Shown one piece after another: positions 63,611 to 64,000 of a stretch of DNA of 64,000 nucleotides. Made by a program: the position numbers and the translations under genes. The first letter of the stretch is position 1; the number at the start of each line of letters is the position of its first letter. Where the stretch lies: positions 151,577,011-151,641,010 of the forward strand of contig NC_068981.1 in NCBI RefSeq assembly GCF_001194135.2. The letters run 5' to 3'. The stretch comes from Octopus bimaculoides (taxonomy: Eukaryota). The notes under the pieces were generated by a model. That model saw nothing but the letters and a program-made list of their open reading frames with translations. It was not told the origin of the DNA and did no database searches.

Positions 63611-64000
63611 AAAACGGGGGCCACAGTATTTTCTTAACGAAACACTTTGAAACTTGGAACACTGGTAGAATGTGTCGTATAAAACATCTTTTTCTCTTAG
63701 TCTTCTTTAAAAAAAAAAAGAAATCCCTAAGTTATTCCATGTTAAAGTTGTCGTATTTCTGTAATTTCAACCAATCACTGACGTCCATTCAGCCGATATA
63801 CATTAAGTGCCGGCTACATAAACAAACGATTCTGAAACAATTCTATCGGTGATAAAATTATTATTTCCTTGTCAAAAAATGGCTGAAGCATATTGGCAGT
63901 AGCTAATAAACCTTTCTATTATAGGCTAACCCTAACTCTAACCCTAACCCTAACCCTAACCCTAAGGTTAGGGTTAGGGTAAAACAGCAAATTTAAAAAG
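63611..64000. mobile_element. Second, inverted copy of the 61762-62430 family, running off the window
   Basis: 63611-63830 is the reverse complement of about 62200-62415; (CCCTAA)n-(TTAGGG)n at about 63927-63981. Confidence 0.8.

Noticed and set aside
63927-63981. Telomere fusion site or chromosome end
   Set aside because: The order is CCCTAA then TTAGGG (opposite to a fusion scar), it is short, and it is internal to a transposon.

Overview
AT-rich eukaryotic (animal) draft-assembly DNA with many N gaps and a heavy (TA)n/(CA)n/(TATG)n/(TCTA)n/(ATT)n microsatellite load. The SINE families and repeat landscape resemble a coleoid cephalopod such as Octopus; this is recalled resemblance, not a database result. 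There are no prokaryotic features and no long intact host ORF; most ORFs in the supplied track are artefacts of N runs or microsatellites. The window is mostly intron-like DNA filled with transposon fossils: tRNA-derived SINEs, CR1-like, R4/Dong-like and Tx1-like LINEs, two Penelope-like elements (PLEs), Tc1/mariner elements, a Helitron and MITEs. Several small exons with canonical splice sites can be chained in phase into an unidentified plus-strand gene (about 4.9-57.6 kb; tentative, not a unique solution). Most interesting signals: (1) a structurally complete type I hammerhead ribozyme at the 3' end of a PLE with a compensatory A3-U8 core pair, plus several other hammerhead-like motifs; (2) a Tx1-like LINE whose 5' end is joined exactly inside the tRNA-like head of a SINE; (3) a near-identical inverted copy of a pseudo-exon bracketing a 297-nt phase-symmetric exon block (circRNA/exon-skipping architecture); (4) a 256-bp spacer-less palindrome and a 2.8-kb inverted duplication.
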